Part shown: positions 12,601-26,996 of the stretch, piece after piece
Layout: every line of letters starts with the position of its first letter
Numbering within the stretch: the first letter of the stretch is position 1
Notes under the pieces: model-generated
The model's database searches: none
Told to the model about the DNA's origin: nothing
Seen by the model: the letters and a program-made list of their open reading frames with translations, nothing else
Assembly: GCF_009914755.1 (NCBI RefSeq)
Contig: NC_060933.1
DNA length: 64,000 nt
Source of the DNA: the human T2T-CHM13v2.0 reference genome, Homo sapiens
Reading direction: 5' to 3' (one strand)
Translations under genes and position numbers: made by a program

Positions 12601-15600
12601 TATCTTTTCAAAGAATCAGCTTTTTGTTTTATCTTTTGTATTTTTTGTTTGTTTGTTTCAATTTCATTTAGTTCTGCTTTGGTCTTTGTTATTTCTTTTC
12701 TTCTGCTGGGTTTGGGTTTGGTTTGTTCTTGTTTCTCTACTTCCTTGAGGTGTGAGCTTAGATTGTCTACAGGTGCTCTTTCAGGCTTTTTGATGTAGGC
12801 ATTTCATGCTATGAACTCTCCTCTTAGTTCCACTTTTGCTGTATCCCAGAGGTTTTGATACATTTTGTCACTATAATCATTCAGTTCAAAAAATGTTCTA
12901 ATATTCATCTTGATTTTATTGTTGATCTAAAGATCATTCAGAAGTAGATTATTTAATTTCCATGTATTTGTGTAGTTTTGAGGGTTCCTTTTGCAGTTAA
13001 TTTTCAATTTTATTCCACTGTGGCCTGAGAGAGTACTTGATATGATTTTGATTTTAAAAATTTATTGAGGCTTGTTTTGTGGCCTATCGTATAGTCTATC
13101 TTGAAGAATGTGCCATGTGCCCATGAAAAGAATGTATATTCTGTAGTTGTTGTGTAGAATGTTCTGTAAATATCTGTTAAGTCCATTTGTTCTAGGGTAT
13201 AGTTTAAGTCCATTGTTTCTTTGTTGACTTTCTGTCTGGATGACCTGTCTAGTGCTATCAGTGGAGTATTAAAGTTCTCCACTACTACTGTGTTGTCTCC
13301 TGTCTCATTTATTAGGTCTAGTAGTCATTGTTTTAAAAATTTGGGAGCTCCAATGTTAGGTGCATATATATTTAGGATTGTGCTATTTTGCTGTTGGACT
13401 AATTCTTTTATCATTATATAATGTCCCTCTTTGTCTTTTTTAACTGTTGTTGCTTTAAAGTCTGTTTTGTCTGATACAAAAATAGCTACTTCTGCTTGCT
13501 TTTGGTTTCCATTTGCATGGAATATCTTTTTCCATCCCTTTACCTTAAGTTTATGTGAGTAGTTATGTGTTAGGTGAGTCTCCTGAAGAAAGCAGATACT
13601 TGGTTGGTGGATTTTTATCCATTCTGCCATTCAGTATATTCTAAGTGGAGCATTTAGGCCATTTACATGATACATTAGTATTGAGATATGAGCTACTGTT
13701 CTATTCATTTAGTTGTTGCCTGAAGACCTTGTGGGTTTTGCTTTTTTTTTATTATGTTATTGTTTATAGGCCCTGTGAGATTTATGCTTTAAGGAGGTTC
13801 TATTTTGGTGTATATTTTGAGGAACCATTTCAAGATTTAGACTCCTTTTAGCAGTTCTTGTAGTGTTGGCTTGGTACTGGTGAGTTCTCTCAGCATTTGT
13901 TTGTCTGAAAAAGACTTTATCACTCCTTCACTTATTAAGCTTAGTTTCGCTGGATACAAAATTCTCAGCTAATAATTATTTTGTTTAAGGACATCAAAGA
14001 TAGGACCCCAATACCTTCTGGCTTGTAGGGTTTCTGCTGAGAAATCTGCTGTTAATTTGATAGGTTTTCATTTATAGGTTACTTGATGCTTTTGCTTCAT
14101 AGCTCTTAAGATTCTTTACTTTGTCTTGATTTAGATAACCTAATTACCATGTGCCTAGGTGATGATGATCTTTTTGTGATGAATTCCCAGGTATTCTTTG
14201 GGCTTCTTGTATTTGGATGTCTAGATCTCCAGCAAAGCCAGGGAAGCTTTTCTCGATTATTCCCTCAAAGAATTTTTCCAAACTTTTAGATTTCTCTTCT
14301 TCCTCAGGAACACCAGTTATTCTTATGTTTGGTGGTTTAGCATAATCCCAAACTTCTTGGAGGCTTTATTTTTTTAAAATTCTTTTTTCTTTGTCTTTGT
14401 TGGATTGGGTTAATTTGAAAGCCTTGTCTTTAAGCTCTGAAGTTCTTTCTTCTACTTGAGTCTATTGTTGAAATTTTCTTGCATATTTTGCATTTCTTTA
14501 AGTGTGTTTTTCATTTCCAGAAGTTGTAATTGTTTTTTCATTATAATATCTCTTTCTCTGGAGACGTTTTAATGCATATCTTGAATTTTTTTTTTAATTT
14601 AAGTTGTTTTTCATCTTTCTCTGGTATCTCCCTAAGTAGCTTAATAATCAACCTTCTGAATTCTTTAACTGGCAATTCAGAGATTTCTTCTTGGTTTGGA
14701 TCCATTCCTGGAGAGCTAGTGTTATCTTTTAGGGGCGTTATAGAAACTTGTTTAGTCATATTGCTGGAATTACTTTTCTGATCCCTTCTCATTTGGGTAG
14801 ACTGTTTCAGTAGAAAGATCTAGAACTCAAGGGCTGCTGTTCAGATTATTTTGTCCCACGGGGTGATCCCTTGATGTGGTGCTCTTCTGCTTCCCGTAGG
14901 GATGGGGCTTCCTGAGAGCCAGACTGCAGTGACTGTTATTGCTCTTCTGGGTCTAGCCACTCAATGAGGCTAGCAGGCTCTGGGCTGGTACTAGGGAATG
15001 TCTGCAAAGAGTCCTGTGATGTGGTTTGTCTTCAGGCCTTCCAGCCATGGATACCAGCACCTGCTCCAGTGGAGGTGGCAGGGGCATAAAGTGGACTCTG
15101 TGGGAGTCCTTGGTTGTAGTTTTGTTTAGCATGCTGTTTTTCTCGAATGCTGGTTATGCTAGCAGTGATGCTGTCACAAGGACAGACTCAGGACCTCTGG
15201 TTAGCCAGGGTGGTGCAGGTGGTGGAATTAGCTGTGATTTTCTCTTCTTTAGAGCAGGGTTGGTCTGGTATGAGTTGCTTTAATGGCTTAAGTTGGTTGG
15301 CCTCCAGCCAGGAGGTGGCATTTTCAAGACAGCACCAGCTGCAGTAGTAGAAGGGGCATATACACTTGCCCTACATTGGCCAGGATAAGTACTCGGGTTT
15401 CTCAGGTGATGGGTGGGGCCATAGAGCTCTCAAGAGCTTATGTCTTTTGTCTTTGGCTACCAGGGCAGGCAGAGAAAAATCATCAGGTGGGGGCAGAATT
15501 AGGTGGGTCTGAGCTCACACTATCCTTGGGCAGGGCTTGCTGTGGCTACTGTGGGGAATAGGGGTGGTTCTCAGGACAATACAGTTATGTTCTCAGGGTG

Positions 15601-16466
15601 ATTTTGGCTGCCTCTGCTGCATCATACAGGTCACCAGGGAACTAGGGGAAGGCTGGCAGTGATAGGCCTCACCCAGCTCTCATGCAGCAAGGCCAGTCTC
15701 ACTCCCTCCATGCCTCACTAACAGCACCAAGTTTACATCCAGGCAGCTGGGGAGCAGGGCTGAGATCTTGCCCCAGGCTACAAGTCTTCCTGTTGAGAAA
15801 GTAAGCATGACTCTAAGACCTCACCCCTCACCCCCACCCCTCCACCCACAACCTTGGCTGCAGCTTCTGCACTCATATCTGCACTTCCTATTTGTGCCCC
15901 CATTTCCCCTCTCCCCACTGCTGCATTCTGCTCAGAAAAATTTGTGCTCAGTCAAAATTATTACAAAAATTCCACTGGAAGCTTTCTTCACCCCATGTCC
16001 CCTCCTGAATTCCACTAGCTGCCTTTCCCCAAGGACCTCTGGTGAGATAAAGCCAGGAATGGCTTTTCTGGACTCAAGCTGGAGATCGGGAGTGCCTATA
16101 GGGCTCTTCCCACTGCTTCTTCTACGTTTATATTTCACCCAGCTCCTTAAATCCTTTTCAACTCTAGGTATGGTTAAATCCTTCTCCCATGACCTGGATT
16201 TGCAGGTTCCCCAGTGGTAATGAGTGTTCAGAGGCAGACCTTTCCCCGCATCTCACACTTTGAGAACTCACAGTTTTTCAGCTGTCTCATGGAGTTTGCA
16301 CTGGCAAGCCACTTTTTTCAAAGGGTCTGTGAATTCTTTTGGTTTTTCTGGTATGTTCCTGAGGTAGTTCTTGGAGCAAAAATTCACAATGTGAGTCTCC
16401 ACACACTGTTCAGTTCATCCAAGTGGGAGCTGCACTTTAGTCCTGTCTCCTCTCTGCCAACTTTTC
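9641..16466 (-). mobile_element. Full-length decayed LINE-1 of L1PB1/L1PBa type
   Basis: Poly(T) tail at 9641-9678 and an L1PB-like 3'UTR. Minus-strand ORF2 pieces: endonuclease (13325..13630, CFLQETHL...NIYAPN) and RT (12075..12296, 11587..11793, LFTDDMIVY). ORF1 piece at 14541..14792. The 5'UTR ends near ...gtcctgtctcctctctgccaactt. Confidence 0.93.
11403..11431. repeat. (TTGTG)n microsatellite inside L1 ORF2
   Basis: About 5.8 perfect units. Confidence 0.9.
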
Positions 16467-17589
16467 CTAAATATTCCAAAGTACTCCAATTTGACAAGAA
16501 GTTTTATAGCCATTTTCAAGAGACACCTGTAAAGGAAAAAGAGGCAGAAAAGTAATTTTATTCATAGATATATTTTTAGGTTAATAAAATTTGTTTATAC
16601 CTTTTATCCTCCTCATCATGAACTGTTAGGGCACAGAAATTGTGCTTAGAGATACACAGAACTTGTATTCATAACACTATTTACATTTTTACTGTAAAAG
16701 CAGTAACAATAAGGAAATTTTAAAGGAGAAAAAGTATCTCTAATCCCAACACTATATCCCTCATCCTATCTTAGTTTATATAATTGCAATCATAGAACAC
16801 ATAAATTTTTATCATCTGCTGTTTCACTTAATTCTGAGTTGTAAACATTTTCCAAGTTGATATATAATTTTTATTTTTATTACATTTTTGGTACAAATCG
16901 ACAATTTTTCTGGCTGCAGAGTTCATCAAATACTGCAACATAGTCCTCTAGTAATTTAAATACTCGTTTGTTTTCAATTTTGTGTTATTTCAAAAAAGCT
17001 GCTGTAGATATCATGTAAACATATTTATTTTCTTAAAATAAATGCCCAGAACCAAGATTTGTTACATAAAGGTAAGAACATTTTGTGGCCTTTGACCCAA
17101 ACCATTTATTGGCAGCTCTGGATCAGCCCTTACTGTAAGCTTTGCCAGTTCTCCTCTCCTCAATCTGAGGCATGACTTCTTTGGGCTCCTAAAGTCCTGC
17201 TGGCTCTCCTGCTCCCTATCCACTCCCAGGCCCAGCCCAGGCAAATGAAGAATGCTGACCAGCAGATCCCAGTCAACTTCACACTTCATTACTTTATCTC
17301 TGCCCTTCTTCCTTTCAAAAGAAATGCTACTTCTTGTTATGAGTGGGGTGTGTATGAGCCTCAGTTGTCTGGGGTATGCTTTTAAAAATTCATAACCATG
17401 GCTACCTAACAAGTTATCTAAACTATGGGTGTGAGTGATGTACCCACTGGGCTAATGTTACTCCACCCATATTGAACAGGGCTTGGTGGAGAGCAAAAAA
17501 GAGAAATATGGGAAAGTTCTTTCTAAATAGCAATGGTACATGCAGAAAATGGAATTACTATGATGTGCCCTTGAATTTCCCTGTATGTA

Positions 17590-18930
17590 TGTGGTATCTT
17601 GAAAAATATATATTTAGCCTTTGTCCCAGGTTCATAACACAGAGCTCCTAAAACCCTAGAAATTTCCTGAGTTATAAGATTAATAGGCATTTCTCTTTTT
17701 TTATTCATAAAAAAGCCCATTAGACCATACTGAAGTTTATGCTCATGAGGTGACTCTTGGTGGGCCCCTAGATAGCATCAGGATGGGGACTGGGCACTGG
17801 GAAGACCATGCCATGACCAGGGGGCTGGAACTGCAGCCCCACTCACTGGCCTCCTGGAAGGGGAGAGAGGACTGGAGAATGAGTGCAATCACCAGCTGCC
17901 AATGATTTAATCAATCATGCCTACATTAAAAAAAACTCTAAGTAACAGGGTTGAGGGAGATTCCAGTGCTGGGAGGGTGGAACACCCAGAGAGGTCATGG
18001 AGGCTCCGACTTCCTGAGTTATGTTGATGAAAAGAGTCAAACTCTATAACACATTTCAAGAGATTTATTCTGAGCCAAATATGAGTGACCAATGGCCTGT
18101 GACATAGCTCTCAGGAGAGTCTCAGAACATGATGCCCAAAGCGGTCAGGGCATAGTCATAGCTTTATACATTTTAGGGAGATATGAGACATCATGACATC
18201 AATCAATACATGTAAGACACATTGGTTCAGTCTAGAAAGGTGGGACAACTTAAAGGCAGGGGGCCTTCCAGGTTATAAGTAGATTGAAAATTTTTCTGCT
18301 TGGCAATTGGTTAAAACAGTTATTTTCAACAGAAAGGAATGTCTGAGTTACTGTAAGTGGTTGTGGAGATCAAAGTCTTCTCATGCAGATGAAGCCTCCA
18401 GGTAGCAGGCTTCAGAGAGAATAGGTTGTAAATGTTTCTTATCAGACATAAGGTCGGTGTTGATGTCAAATGCTGGTTGACTTTTCCTGAACTCCAAAAA
18501 GGAGGATGGGATAATGAAACATGCCTGACCACCTCTTCCCATCATGGCCCGAACCAGTTTTTCAGGTTAACTTTGGAGTGCCCTGGCCGATAGGAAGGGT
18601 TCATTTAGATGGTTGGGGAGCCTTAGAATTTTATTTTTGTTTTACAGCTGTTTGGCTGTTCCTAAGTTTTATCCTTTATAATAAACACTAACAGCAAATA
18701 AAGTGCTTTCCCGTGTTCTATTACTTGTAAAAGTGAATTATTGAACCTGAGGGGGATCTTAAAAGCACCAAAATATGCAGTCCACTAGGCAGAAGTGGGA
18801 GTGTCCTGGAAACCCCATTTCCATCTGGCATCTGAAAGGGGAGCAGTCTTGGGGGACCAAGCGCTTTGATTTGTAGGATCTGACACTAACTTCAGGTAGA
18901 GTAGTGTTGAAAAACATGCCACATATTTGG
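17590..18930. mobile_element. MER21-type LTR interrupted by a MER4-family LTR
   Basis: cacagagctcctaaaaccctagaaatttcctgagt...; atcctttataataaac...ggatctgacactaacttcagg. Confidence 0.7.
18022..18645 (-). mobile_element. MER4-family (ERV1) solo LTR
   Basis: tgttgatgaaaagagtcaaactct...gatttattctgagccaaatatgagtgacc...ttttatttttgttttaca; TG...CA ends. Confidence 0.8.
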
Positions 18931-19096
18931 TCCTGAGGGAAAGAATCTCTCAACATGTTATTCCATTTTCTAAATTCCTAGCAATCCTAGGCAATTTTCC
19001 CCAGGCTGGTATTTGTTGAAAGTAGTTTTCCATTACAACTTTGATAAAAAACAAATTCCATAATCATTCCAAAAAAATTGGCTCAGTAATGTAGAG

Positions 19097-19312
19097 CAGT
19101 TCTTCTCAAACTTACATGTGCATATGACTTATTTGGAGGATCTTGTTATAATGCAGATTCTGCAAAGCCCTTACTACTCAAAGCGTGACCCATGGATCAG
19201 CAGCATCAGCATCGTGTGGGAGAATCTCTGTCCTAGACCTACTAAACCAGAGTCTTCCTCTTAACAAGATCCCAAGGTGATTCATATGCATAGCAAAGTT
19301 TGGGAAAATCCG
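19097..19312. mobile_element. MER5-type hAT-Charlie DNA transposon fossil
   Basis: cagttcttctcaaactt...aatgcagattctg...ggtgattcatatgca...aaagtttgggaaa. Confidence 0.7.
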
Positions 19313-20146
19313 GTCTGAGCCTCAGTTTTCTTGCCCCTAAATGCTTTCCACCTGGAACACAGTACATATGCAATGAGTAGAAGCTACTATAGAAATTGCT
19401 CCAGGTTCAGTGCTCAGATTAAGATGAGCATTACTTATAAGCGAACAAAAAGTAACTGTTCGTGGGTTTGAGGTTTATGATCAGGTACAGGGATGGATTG
19501 TAAACTTGGTGCTCTGTGTAGGCTCTGCAGATGCAGCACAGGAGGACTCAAACTGCAAAGGTAGCTGCTTGGCTCTAGGGAAGAAGGGATATCCAGGAAG
19601 TTCTATTAAGCCGAACATAAAGAATATCCTTCTTAGGAGCACCCTCAGAACCTATTAGGTGAAATGGGGCTGCAGCCATAATGCCTGAGACATCAGCTTA
19701 TAATCTCGGTCTCCAGGAAGGTAGAGCTGGGCAGAGGCTGGCTTGAGCCTCATGTTTGTCCCTCCAGAACGGGCCCTACACCCAGGAGCTGGCCAGTGTC
19801 AAGCATATGCTCGCCACTCAACCTCTCTCAGCCACAGCTCAGGACTTCCAGAAGCAACTGTCTAATCATGACCCCCTCTTTATTTTCATTACGATAATCT
19901 TTTCAGCAAAATACTTCTTCAGAGTTAAATCTAAAAAGTAAATGGCACAGTTAACTGTAATCTAAGGCTTTAGGACTCTAGCCTTAGTCTAACCACTTAT
20001 GCACACAACTTGGGCCATGCAACCATAGGCTTAGCTTCACAAAATAATTGGAGACCCATCCAGATTTGAGGCAAGGGGGATTTAAGCAGGTCCTGCTCAA
20101 AAACAGGAAACATCAAATATCCTTTGTCCTTTCCAAGCTCTGATTT

Positions 20147-20492
20147 TGCTACGATCTGAATGTTTGTGTCTGTACAAAATTCATATGTTGAAATCCTAAC
20201 ATCCAAGGGTATGGTATTAAGAGGTGGAGACTTTTGGGAGGCAACTAATACCTTCTGAATAGGATTAGTGCCCTTATAAAATAGGTCCAAGGGAGCTCAT
20301 TAGCCCCTTCCACCACGTGAGGCCACAGTGAGAAAACACCATCTATGAACCCAAAAGTGGGCCCTCACCAGACATAGAACTGCCAGTGCCCTGATCTTAG
20401 ACTTCCCAGGCTCCAGAACCGTGAGACATAAATTCCTGTTGTTTACAAGCCACCCAGTCTACTCTGTTATCCCTGCCTGAACAGACTAAGAG
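20147..20492 (+). mobile_element. MLT1A-type (MaLR) solo LTR
   Basis: tgctacgatctgaatgtttgtgtc...aaattcatatgttgaaatcctaa...gactaaga. Confidence 0.85.
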
Positions 20493-20499
20493 ACTTTTG

Positions 20500-21060
20500 A
20501 ATCTGTTGTGATGTTGGAGTTCATGAAACATGGTTGCAAATGCTTGCTCTGCCTATTTCTAACTGTTTATCCTGTGGAAAGTTCCTTCACCATTTTATAA
20601 CTTGTTTGTCTCACCTAATAAAACAAGGACAACAATAGTTATTCCAAAAGACTATTGGAAGAGTTAAAGAGAAAGCATAATTAGAGTAGTAGCTAACACT
20701 TATTCAGGGTATAAAATGAGCCAAGTTCTGTACACAGCTCTTTACACTGATTCATCCATTCATTTGGTGCATATTCATTGAATGCCTACCATGTACTGGG
20801 CCTAGTTTTCTGGGGTCTAGAATAATAATAACAATGGTTAGCATTATGAAGTGTTTACTATGTGACAGGCACATTCTAAACAAGTTGTTTCTAAACAGTT
20901 CACATTTCTAACAGATTAAATTTTCACAATTGCTCATGTGAATTATTTTGTTTAATCGTCACAATTATCTAATGAAGTAATATTTTCCCCATTTTTACAA
21001 ATGAGGAAACTGAGGTATAAATGTAAGTAATTTGTGCAAAGTCACCCTGCTAGTCTATGG
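20500..21060. mobile_element. MIR/L2 remnants
   Basis: attcattgaatgcctaccatgt (L2 tail); ccatttttacaaatgaggaaactgagg (MIR). Confidence 0.6.
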
Positions 21061-21499
21061 GGTCCCCAGAGATCAGACTGTAAAATATTGGGCTATACTG
21101 TGTGATATTTGAGGTTAAACTCTAAGAAATTGCCAATATCCCACCACTTTTGACCTATACAAACAATTTTATGTTTTTCCTAATATTTTTAAGGAGAATT
21201 TGTAGAGCCTGAGACATAAGCAGCCTGCAGTGAAACATCTTTTACCTTCTGATTTTTTGTTTTGTTTTGTTTTGCTTTGCTTTTTGCTTTGGACTGCCTT
21301 TCTGCCATATTCCCCAGACCCAATCTTGACTTCATGACCTAAATCCTGTATCAGGCCTCTGTCTTGCTTTATGTCTTAGAGTTGTGTCCTGAGATAGGCT
21401 TCTACCTTCCTCCAGCCCATCAGACCTCTTGACTCAGCCCCCAGGGTTTAGAGTCCCTGCACCTTGCATTAATACTAAAACCATGGTAATACTAACATG

Positions 21500-21680
21500 A
21501 AAAACTAAAAAACACTGAGGGCTTACTCTGCAGTGGGCCCTGTTCCAAGAATTTCACATGCAACTATACATTTAATCCTCTCAACAATTATGTCAGGTAA
21601 CTACTATTGCTTTCCTCTCTTTACAGATAGAGAAAATGAAGTATTCAGTAGTTAGATGCTTTGACCAAATTTACTGCCTT
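21500..21680 (-). mobile_element. MIR remnant
   Basis: catttaatcctctcaacaat...tttacagatagagaaaatgaag. Confidence 0.6.
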
Positions 21681-22154
21681 CAGAGAGATCTTCCTTGTCC
21701 AGCTCTATTTCCAGACATCACCTGCTTCCGGATTCCCATCCACCAATGTGGACTTCCGTGTCTCTACGCACTAGCTGTTCCCATGCCCTCTTCCCATTGT
21801 TGCCTTACCCCTTCCATATATCACTCTGCTGGCCAGCGTGAGCATGCTTGAGAACCATCCCCAGCTCCTGCCTCACCCACTTGGCCAGTCTAGGGCACAG
21901 TCCAGACCCATCACCATCAAACTAGGCCTCAAGCAGTTACCCACACCTGCCCAGCCTTGTCCTAAGCAACTCCTCAGGACTTGGAGTTATTATGGCTTTC
22001 ACAGATGAAAGCTAACATGCAAAATGTTCAAAAGGCTTCAGGAAATAAAAGAGGTAAACAAACTATTAAAAAGACGACTCAACTGTGCACGTGCACCCTA
22101 AATAATTTATAGTACAATCGCTTCCTAGGGAAAATGAAAGCATTTTTAATCTTC

Positions 22155-22885
22155 TCATTCATCCTTTCATTCCAAAGAAATGTACTGAGGATCTACTCCA
22201 TACCAAAACCCAGGCCCCAAACTAAGTAATGGCTGTCCTTTAGGAATTTCCAGCCAGGAGTAAGGAGGCAGAATAGTGAATAAAGCATTCCAACCTAGTG
22301 TGTTAGGTGCTTTAATAGGAAGGGACATCAAGTACCCGGAGGCCCAAGAGAAGAAGTAAATGACTTCATGGGGTGCCAAAGGGGATTTCTCCAGGGGCTG
22401 GACCTTGAAGATGAAAAGGGGCCCACCAAGTAGGTAAGAGAGAAGAGCATTTTAGGCATTGGAGGGGAGGAACAGTCCAGGGAGAGGGAACAGTATGAGC
22501 TAGGGTGGGGAGGTGTGTGGGAGCCAGAGTGATCTAGGTAATATGGTGAGGTCAGAACCTACAACCAGCCAAGGGAGAGCTGGAAAAGCCAGCAGGAGCC
22601 AGGGTGCAGTGGACTTTGTGCCACTAGCTGAGGAGCTTAAGGATAATGGAGAGAGGCTCTTTTTAAACAAGGCAGTGATATTGCCAGGTCTGGATTTGGG
22701 AAGGTAAATAGAAGGGAAGACATTGAAAGTCATTGGTATAGTCCATTTAGCAGGTGATGACATGACAACAGCCTGAATGGTGGCTCTGGCTGTGGGACAG
22801 GGGAGGGGACAGACAGGGAGGAGAACTCTAGAGATAGAATCCACAGGTTTCAGTATCCACAGGGTGGAGTATGAGTAACAAGAAG
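22155..22885 (-). mobile_element. L2 LINE remnant
   Basis: cattcatcctttcattcc...tactgagg tail followed by a purine-rich L2 antisense body. Confidence 0.6.
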
Positions 22886-23122
22886 AAATCTAGGAAGACT
22901 GTCTTTTTATGTCTTTAAATACTTCTCTATCTAAATGGGGATAATTTGATAAATTAATTATAATCACTGGAATAAAAGTCCATCAGATTAGCTACTGAAC
23001 AGCCCTTTTATCCAGCTGTAGGATAGATCCCTATCTGTCTGAGAAGGGCAGATCATCATTTTCTCATAAAATCTCAGACTCAAGGGTTGAAAAAACTTCA
23101 AAAGGCTATTTCTTTGTAATCT

Positions 23123-23570
23123 CTATATTAGTTATCTATTGATGCATAATCGTTTACTCCAAAATTTAATGAGTTAAAACAATAAATATTTATTATTATA
23201 CTTCACAGTTTCTGTGGATCAGGTATTCAGGAGTAGCTTAGCTGGGTGTTTCTGGCTCAGAAAGTTGCAGTCAGGACGTCATCCATGCTGCAGTCCTAGG
23301 AAGCTTGACTGGAGCTGCAGGGTCCACCTAGCAGATGGCTCACTCACACGTCTATTGGCTGGATGCCTCAGTTCCTTGCCACGTGTACTCAACACATGCA
23401 GGCTGACATCCAGAGCAGGTGTTTCTAGCCTTGAAACTTACACACCATCATGTCCAGAATATCCTATTGGTTTACGCAGGTCAGCCCTATTCCGTGTAGG
23501 AGGGGAGTAACAGGGCTTGAATAACAGCAGCTGCAGCTAATAGGAGACATGGTGGAGGCTTGCCAGCACA
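23123..23570 (-). mobile_element. Old MLT1 (F/G/H-type) LTR
   Basis: tattagttatctattg...cacagtttctgtggatcaggtattcaggagtagcttagctgggtg. Confidence 0.7.
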
Positions 23571-25099
23571 CTCCCTGACATCAGAGACCTAAGTCATTAT
23601 CACGAAGCCCATTTTGCAGATGAAGTAGCAGAGATTAAATGCAAAGATGATATGGAGTGGCGTAAAGAGTACTTGAACAGGAGTCAGATGGCCAAACCTC
23701 AACTCTGCGGCTATCAACGGGACCCTGAAGAAGTCACTTCACTTCTCAGTTCTCATGTTCCTCAATTATAATATCAGGCTAATGGGCTTACTTTCCAGAA
23801 TACCAGAGGAAGAGGTTGAGAAGTTATCCTGTTGGCAGCCAGTGAAATGTAAAGGTTTTCAAACTTAGGAATACAGGAAAACCTCATGTGTTTTGAGGAC
23901 TACTCTGGAAATAGTGTGGAGAGTTAAATTGAGGGACTGAGACAAGTAAGCAGACCAATGCCACATAATATGCAGGAAGGAGGCCCAAGAGCCCGTTCTC
24001 AGCTGCTGGTGACGAGGGTAAAACAGGGCCTCACCCCAGAATCAGAAGGGCTCAGGAATGCACCCATCATGTCACGGCCCCATTTCTATTTGTGTAGTAT
24101 TTGCAAGTAAAGATCCACTTGGTGTCAAAAAGATTGTAAGTATCTATTCCCCCTCTGCCTTTTTCTGAAATGACAACTTGAGTCCTGGAAAACTTCCTGG
24201 GTTTATGGAACCATTAATCTCTGCCTTAGGACCCAGGATATGCTGAAGGCTACAAAATCAACAGAAAGAAACTAGGGAAGAGAATGTCTTCATTGGATGG
24301 TCTGCATTGGATTTCAAGTATTTTATCACAGTCTTAGCTCAAGCTTTTACTCTAGTCATTAAAATATTAAAAATAACACAATTCTAAATGGCAAAATAGA
24401 ATATGCCTATCATTCCAGCAGGAAGAAAAGAAAAATAAAAGACTAGAGTCTATTATCTGTTGAAAATATATGCCAATCTTTCCCCTAAATACAGAAAGAG
24501 TTGCAATATTTGCTATGGACAAAGTGCCAAAAATGAGTGGATAGGGTCCATATTTTAAAGACATAATGGAGACAAATATGAGTTCAGAACTAAAGCCTTT
24601 TCTGTGAGTACAACTAATATTATAGGCTTATTTTTTTTTATTTGTGGTGTACATAAGCTACCTTAATAGCTTTTCTTTGAATAACAGGAATGTCGTCTAC
24701 TAAATGCAACTCTGAAAGATTAGAGACATAAAAAAGAATTGTAAGAGCTGTGATTCCCTGCCCTCCTACTTAAATAAACTCTGTCTATTCTATTAATTAT
24801 TGTATTACAGCATAAGCTGCAGAACTAAGAAACTCCCACTCTTTCCACAGACTCACTCATGCATGGAGCATTTGTGATTGATGCACCAATAAGGATGAAA
24901 TTTGCAAATGGAGATGAAACATCCCAAGATTAAACATCTCCGGGGTAGGAGATTGGCACTTTTCCAGCATCTTAAACTTGGCCAAACTCTTCAGGGATAA
25001 GTATTCAAGGAAAGATGCCTGGTCTCAGCCAGAGACTGGAATAACCCCTCCCCTTCCTAAGCCTCTAAATATGTTCCAACAAACTTCCTCTTTTATGAT

Positions 25100-26110
25100 C
25101 TATACTCATTTACTCAACAAATATTGAATTAGGGGCCTGGAGAACCCACTCTGAACCTGGCCTGGAGAAGAAACACTAAGAATATAAAGTTAGTTAAGAA
25201 AAGGCCCAAGATCAGAGGAACTTACAGTTTGGGGCGGTGTTTCTCAAGCCAGATGCACAATAAATTTACCTACAACTTTGAAAAAGTACTGCTGGGTCCC
25301 CCTGCTGATTGATTAAATCATCATCACTGGGGTGAAGCCCAAAGTAGAGCCAAACTTGAGAATCACTCGAGAAGAGACACGAACAAATCACTGTCCTACA
25401 TTGTTATTGAGGGAACTCAAGATCTACTTTAGCCCAGAGGAAGGACCCCATCCACAGGGAGCCAGAGTTTGGCTGGAAGTCACCTGACCCATACGTTTTC
25501 CTTGAAGAGTAAAGGAGACAGCAGAGGAAGGCAAGTTAAGGAAGGAGGGCTAAGGCAGCAGTGTGTGCCAAATGAGAGATATTGTGACATTCCCTGGAAT
25601 TGCAAGATGTGCAGTATAGCTAGAGCAAAGGGGTCTCTTACCACTCTAAGTGGTAAGAGATGAGGCTTAGAAATAGACAGCAATCCAATTTAATTCATCC
25701 TAGGCTCTTGACCTTGTCAAATATATTCAAACAAGTAGTTTGTACTTTATACTGAAGGCTATGTTGATGAAGGCAGGTTTTGGCTTGGGAATAACTTACT
25801 ATCTGAACCAAATTTCTATTTTATAATGACTCTTCCGACCCCACCACCAGCCAGGAGATGAGAAGTGATACACACAGCAAGGGTTATGGGAAGGAGTGAG
25901 GGATACAGGAGGAAGAACAGTTAAGACATCTGTGATAAAGAGGGGTCAGATGATGTGGGACTGAATATAGCAAGGAAGATGAAGAAAGAGTGGATCTGAG
26001 AGGCAATACTAGCAGAATAGGTGAAACTTGGTGACTAACTAGATGCGAAAGTAAAGCAAAGAGAAGAGTAACTCCCAGACTCCTGCACTGGGTGACCAGA
26101 CGCCTGGAAG
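25100..26110 (-). mobile_element. L2 remnants with a MER5-type insert (~25235-25368)
   Basis: ctcatttactcaacaaatattga L2 tail; cggtgtttctcaa...ttgagaatcact terminal inverted repeats. Confidence 0.55.
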
Positions 26111-26582
26111 AGCAGCAAGAGGAAAGGGGTGCACTTTAATCTTGCTGACACGTTGTCTTGCTGTGGCTCCTACCTTTCTTTCTCTTTGACCATTTCCTAA
26201 TTAGTCATGCTTTCCATAATTATTGGAGGAAAAGACAAACAGATTTTGTATCTGTAGCTAATACAATAAAAAAACTTAGGAATAGATGCTTTTAAATGGA
26301 TTTCAGTCCTTTCAAATAGTTTATTACAGCTCAATCCTCACCACGGCCCTCACTATCTATAAAATAAAGGGTATTTTAAGCCTATTTTGAACAAGTGTAT
26401 CCTTGTCTACTAGACTAGAAGGTTCTGGGTGATAAGGATCATAAGTGCTGTTATTATTCACTTTTTTAGTCTCTGGGCCTTAGAACAATGACAAACATAC
26501 GATGTATGTTTAACAAATACTTATTAAATCTTTGTCAAATTTATTTATTGACCCTTGAATTTCCTAAGATGTTTTCAAAAGC

Positions 26583-26996
<414 letters not shown>

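Noticed and set aside
10968-14792. Functional L1 ORF1/ORF2
   Set aside because: Broken into many short frames by stops and frameshifts.
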